Part shown: one piece after another, positions 36,600 through 40,010 of the stretch
Layout: each line of letters starts with the position of its first letter
Numbering within the stretch: the first letter of the stretch is position 1
Assembly (NCBI GenBank): GCA_038227875.1
Contig: JBBRPR010000073.1
Span: forward strand, 1 to 40,010
Reading direction: 5' to 3'
Origin: Planctomycetota bacterium
Lineage (GTDB): Bacteria > Planctomycetota > SZUA-567 > H5-PLA8
DNA: 40,010 bases
Made by a program: the position numbers and the translations under genes
Notes under the pieces: generated by a model
What the model was told of the DNA's origin: nothing
Database searches by the model: none
The model's input: the letters and a program-made list of their open reading frames with translations, nothing else

Positions 36600-37972
36600 G
36601 CCCGCTACCTGACGATTTTGAGCTGCTCGTCGCGTCGTACTTGGTCGCTGATATCTCCGACGATGAGGTCCAACGGCTGGACGGATTGCTGCGCGAGAAC
36701 GATTCGGCGCGCGCGACGTTCGCTGCGCTGGCGGCCGAGGACATCGCGCTGCGCCAGGCGCTGCGGGTCGGCGTCGAGTCGGGAAAGCCGCAAAGTGATT
36801 CGGTGCAGCGCATTCTCAATCCTCTCCCCGCAAGTAGCGGTAAACGGGTCAACGAGGCTTCGGTGCGCGCGTCCGGACACGCTCGATCCCCCCACCCCCC
36901 CCTTTTCAAGGGGGGGAGAACTGCGGCTGCGGCGTTCGCCGCTTGTTTGTTGATTGGGGCGGCGACCTTTTATTTATCGAAGGTCCGCGCGCCGCGAAGG
37001 CTGGCGCATGTGGCGACGCATTCGCTCGGCGTCAGCTTGCACCGGGATGGCACGCCGGACGTTGCTGTTGGCGTGGACACGGACGTGAAACTTGGAGACA
37101 CAATTTCTACCGGTGCCGACGGCGAGGCGCAGCTGTCGTTTGAGATGGAGCCGACACAGTTCTTTCTGAAGAAAGAGACGACCTTGCGCCTTCTCAACGG
37201 AACAGTTGGAAAACAATTCGAACTACTGCGCGGCTCGATCGATTGCACGGTCGCCAAGCAGCCTGCGGGAGCGCCGCTACGCATCACGACCGCGCAAGCG
37301 ATCGCCGAAGTGGTGGGGACGAAATTTTCGCTCAGCGCCGACGAAGAGCTCACACATCTGGACGTCAACGAAGGCAGCGTCAAAATTGCGCGCCGCTCCG
37401 ATAACCTGACTGGCGTCGCCGCAGCCAATCAGCAGATTGTGGTCGGGCCGCTGGAATCCATGAAGCCGATGCCCACCGAGGCCAGCCTCCTCGCCGCGGG
37501 TTGGAAACCGCTGATTGGCGCGGACCTACAAGGTTGGAAAGTCATGCAGGGCCAGTGGCACATCGAACGCGGCCAGCTCTTCGGCGAATCTCACGGACGG
37601 TCGCGACACGATTCGGCGCTGGTGCGAACGACCGAATCGTGGGCCGACTTCGAATTGACCTGCCAGGTGCGCGTAGACTCCGGCGGCTACAGCGAATTTC
37701 AAGTGCGCGACGACGACTGGCAGTTCCAGAATCCCGCCGGCCAGAAGGTGGGCATCTGGCGCGACATTTACATCAAGGCGCTGGGGCCGACGGTGACCTG
37801 CACGCTGGACGGCGAGGCGGCTGAGCTGGACGAGGAGCTGAGCAAGAAGCTCAACCGCAGCGGCTGCATGGGCTTTTACGTCACGCGCAGCGGTTCCGCG
37901 CGCTTCCGCAACATCTACGTCCGCTCCATCCTCGATCCAAACGCCGGCCGCAGGCCCGGCCAGGATTTCTAG
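36596..37972 (+). CDS. FecR-like anti-sigma factor with C-terminal DUF1080-like domain
   Basis: GTGA overlap with the sigma gene; N-terminal anti-sigma helices, TM, AEVVGTKF...LDVNEGSV, GWKPL..DLQGWK..W..DFEL. Confidence 0.87.
   Translation: MSPLPDDFELLVASYLVADISDDEVQRLDGLLRENDSARATFAALAAEDIALRQALRVGVESGKPQSDSVQRILNPLPASSGKRVNEASVRASGHARSPHPPLFKGGRTAAAAFAACLLIGAATFYLSKVRAPRRLAHVATHSLGVSLHRDGTPDVAVGVDTDVKLGDTISTGADGEAQLSFEMEPTQFFLKKETTLRLLNGTVGKQFELLRGSIDCTVAKQPAGAPLRITTAQAIAEVVGTKFSLSADEELTHLDVNEGSVKIARRSDNLTGVAAANQQIVVGPLESMKPMPTEASLLAAGWKPLIGADLQGWKVMQGQWHIERGQLFGESHGRSRHDSALVRTTESWADFELTCQVRVDSGGYSEFQVRDDDWQFQNPAGQKVGIWRDIYIKALGPTVTCTLDGEAAELDEELSKKLNRSGCMGFYVTRSGSARFRNIYVRSILDPNAGRRPGQDF
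36886..36918. repeat. C/G-run palindromic short dispersed repeat inside the anti-sigma gene
   Basis: ATCCCCCCACCCCCCCCTTTTCAAGGGGGGGAG, stem C7TT/AAG7. Confidence 0.65.
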
Positions 37973-38080
37973 TGTACATGTCAAGTGGAACACGCATCCA
38001 ACGCATGTTCGCTTGAACGCCGGAAGGCAATGTGATAAGAGCGTGCACGTTCATGACGATTTCTTAAAGCTCATGCACAC

Positions 38081-38152
38081 GGCCCCGTAGCCAAGTGGTA
38101 AGGCGACGGTTTGCAAAACCGTTATACGCCGGTTCGACTCCGGCCGGGGCCT
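38081..38152 (+). tRNA. trnC: tRNA-Cys(GCA), CCA not encoded
   Basis: Acceptor GGCCCCG/CGGGGCC, anticodon arm ACGGT-TTGCAAA-ACCGT, T arm GCCGG-TTCGACT-CCGGC, U discriminator. Confidence 0.97.
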
Positions 38153-38182
38153 TTACAGAGTAAAGACTTACAAGAGTGACTT

Positions 38183-38242
38183 TATACTACACCTATACTA
38201 CGCTCTAGTTGACCTGTAGTATACTACATGCTATGCTACACC
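38183..38242. repeat. Putative integrase arm-type sites (TATACTACA-like repeats)
   Basis: TATACTACACC, TATACTACGC, TATACTACAT, TATGCTACACC plus palindrome TGTAGTATACTACA at 38215-38228. Confidence 0.7.
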
Positions 38243-38270
38243 TCACTTGAAACCCTGTGAGGACTCCCAA

Positions 38271-39854
38271 ATGAAGCTCAATCCTGTACGTCAAAACAAC
38301 GGTGGATTCATCGTAAAGTTCAGGCATCCGATCTTAAAAAAGCCGGTGTCTTATGGCCTTGGAACGCAAGACGAAACTGTAGCTCACGAAATCTGCAATG
38401 ATGCCGTTCGACTCTTGGAAAATCCAAACCTCAAGGACACAGACTTAACAGGGTACTCAGCAAAGGCAGTACAGATTGCTTACGGGGACCAGAAAGCTAG
38501 TGAGTTCAAGGACACCAGTTTAGCACTTCAAAAACCGCTAAGTACAGAAGACGTTCAAGAAATCAAAAAGCGAGTCAAGCTAGTTGAGGACTGGCAAACA
38601 ATCCTTCAGACTTCAGGTGCGGAAGATGTAGACAACTTTAAAGAACTGGGTTTACAGAAACTTCTTGTAGATTTTAACCCAAAAAATCACTCTCTTTTAC
38701 TTGGCTTAGCTAAATCTCAAGGACGCAAAATTGCAGAAATGCAGGACGAAATTAAGTCCTTAAAGATTGAACTTCAAAAGTTCAGGCAGATTAATAACGC
38801 TCATGCAGACGTAACAATCCTACAGGCTTTTGAAGCATTCAAGAAAGTCTACAATGGCGCGGACAGGACTAAGAAGGAAAATTATAGATGGATAGAGCAC
38901 TTTATTGAATCCCTGCAAGACAAGGGAAGTACTAAAATTAGTACCGTGTTCAAGAGTGACGTTAAAAAGTGGCTAGAAGCAATGGGAAAGCTAAGTGAGC
39001 AAACTTTAAAGAATCGAAGGAATTCAGTAAGCACGTTTTTTTCGGATGCCATTAACAGGTATGAACTTTTTAGTAATCCAGTCTCAGGACTGAAAACTAA
39101 TGGGACTAAGCGAGATAAGAGCATCATAGCTATTGATCGTATCTCAGAACTGCAAAGCCTTATCAAATCTCTTGAGGGCAACCTGTACTGGCAATGCTGG
39201 GTAGCTCTTGCTTGTCTTATGGGCCCACGTTGGAAAGAACAGGCCACGATTAAAATTCAGGATGTATTGCTAGGGACGGAAGGGAATCAAGTTAAACTTA
39301 TCGGAAAGAAAACACGCCATAATCGACTAGCAAAAATTGAAAAGACTACTCTACTACCGATTCTTACTAAATTTTTAGAATTAAGAGTTAAACAACAAAA
39401 ATCATCAAACGTTAGTCCTGAAGAGAAATCTGATTATCTGTTCTACAGTCTTGCAAAACGTAATCCCAAAAAGGACTCTAAACTCTGTGGCCTATGGCGT
39501 TCTAGTAATTCATGGTGGTTAAAGTGGGCAAAATGTGTTTCTGAGTACGGATCTAATGAAGCTAAACTAGTAGCATCAGCTTACATCAGTACGCGTAAAG
39601 ATGATTTAAGGCAGATGAAAGAGCAGCGATCTAAGGGACTCAAAGTTAAGACTTCTAAGGTTCCAAAGTGGACTACTACCGATCAATGGAATTTTGGCCC
39701 TAGAGAGTGGAGACATACAGCAGGTACAGCTATGGCAAATTGTGGATTGACGGCTATTGATATTTCAAGACAGCTAGGCAATAGCGCAGTGGTAGCCGAA
39801 AATCATTACATTTCTAGAACTTCTCAAGATAAAGTTTGGCCGTTCAAGTGGTAA
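38271..39854 (+). CDS. Tyrosine recombinase/integrase
   Basis: N-terminal arm-binding-like region (KPVSYGLGT), GPRWKE, GKKT, REWRHTAGT, ISRQLGNS...ENHY; GAGGA RBS before ATG 38271; adjacent to tRNA. Confidence 0.88.
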   Translation: MKLNPVRQNNGGFIVKFRHPILKKPVSYGLGTQDETVAHEICNDAVRLLENPNLKDTDLTGYSAKAVQIAYGDQKASEFKDTSLALQKPLSTEDVQEIKKRVKLVEDWQTILQTSGAEDVDNFKELGLQKLLVDFNPKNHSLLLGLAKSQGRKIAEMQDEIKSLKIELQKFRQINNAHADVTILQAFEAFKKVYNGADRTKKENYRWIEHFIESLQDKGSTKISTVFKSDVKKWLEAMGKLSEQTLKNRRNSVSTFFSDAINRYELFSNPVSGLKTNGTKRDKSIIAIDRISELQSLIKSLEGNLYWQCWVALACLMGPRWKEQATIKIQDVLLGTEGNQVKLIGKKTRHNRLAKIEKTTLLPILTKFLELRVKQQKSSNVSPEEKSDYLFYSLAKRNPKKDSKLCGLWRSSNSWWLKWAKCVSEYGSNEAKLVASAYISTRKDDLRQMKEQRSKGLKVKTSKVPKWTTTDQWNFGPREWRHTAGTAMANCGLTAIDISRQLGNSAVVAENHYISRTSQDKVWPFKW

Positions 39855-40010
39855 ATGGCATATGAATTTGGGGTATTGTCAAATCTTGTGGATTGGGCGG
39901 GAGGAAAAGTGCGGCGTATCCTTGGTGATCTGTCAAAGGAACACCAAAGCCCCCACAGCGGGGCAGAAAGGATACGCCACATGGGAGAGGTTACGGCAGC
40001 GGAGTTTTGG

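Larger units (their letters stand above)
38153..40010. mobile_element. Left end of an integrative element/prophage inserted at tRNA-Cys
   Basis: Abrupt drop to about 40% GC right after the tRNA, followed by short repeats and an integrase gene. Confidence 0.85.

Overview
High-GC (roughly 62-64% by eye) bacterial DNA, most likely Planctomycetota or another PVC lineage, inferred from the PQQ-like beta-propeller family, the ECF sigma/FecR-DUF1080 pair and the repeat types. Left to right: a partial EEP nuclease/phosphatase, purK-purE, a small membrane ORF and an aldo/keto reductase. A 9-gene minus-strand operon follows (4190-16660): two secreted beta-propellers, a small membrane protein plus Na+/solute symporter, an EhpF/GriC-like adenylating enzyme, a GriD-like ALDH-fold reductase, an Fe-ADH, a third propeller and a HemN-like radical SAM enzyme. 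It is divergent from a MarR regulator. After two membrane-protein genes comes a 4-gene minus-strand operon (20815-26756): radical SAM, DxDD class II terpene cyclase-like, DUF116-polyprenyl synthase fusion and prenyltransferase-repeat protein. The rest holds a GH123/DUF4091-like protein, alpha-2-macroglobulin, an orphan PhoU-like gene, an ECF sigma/anti-sigma pair, tRNA-Cys(GCA), and the edge of an AT-rich integrative element with an atypical tyrosine integrase. Best lead: the same imperfect 22-bp palindrome lies upstream of both operons, suggesting one MarR-controlled pathway coupling carboxylate uptake/reduction, radical SAM chemistry and isoprenoid synthesis/cyclisation, with unknown product. 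All family calls come from motif recognition, not database searches.
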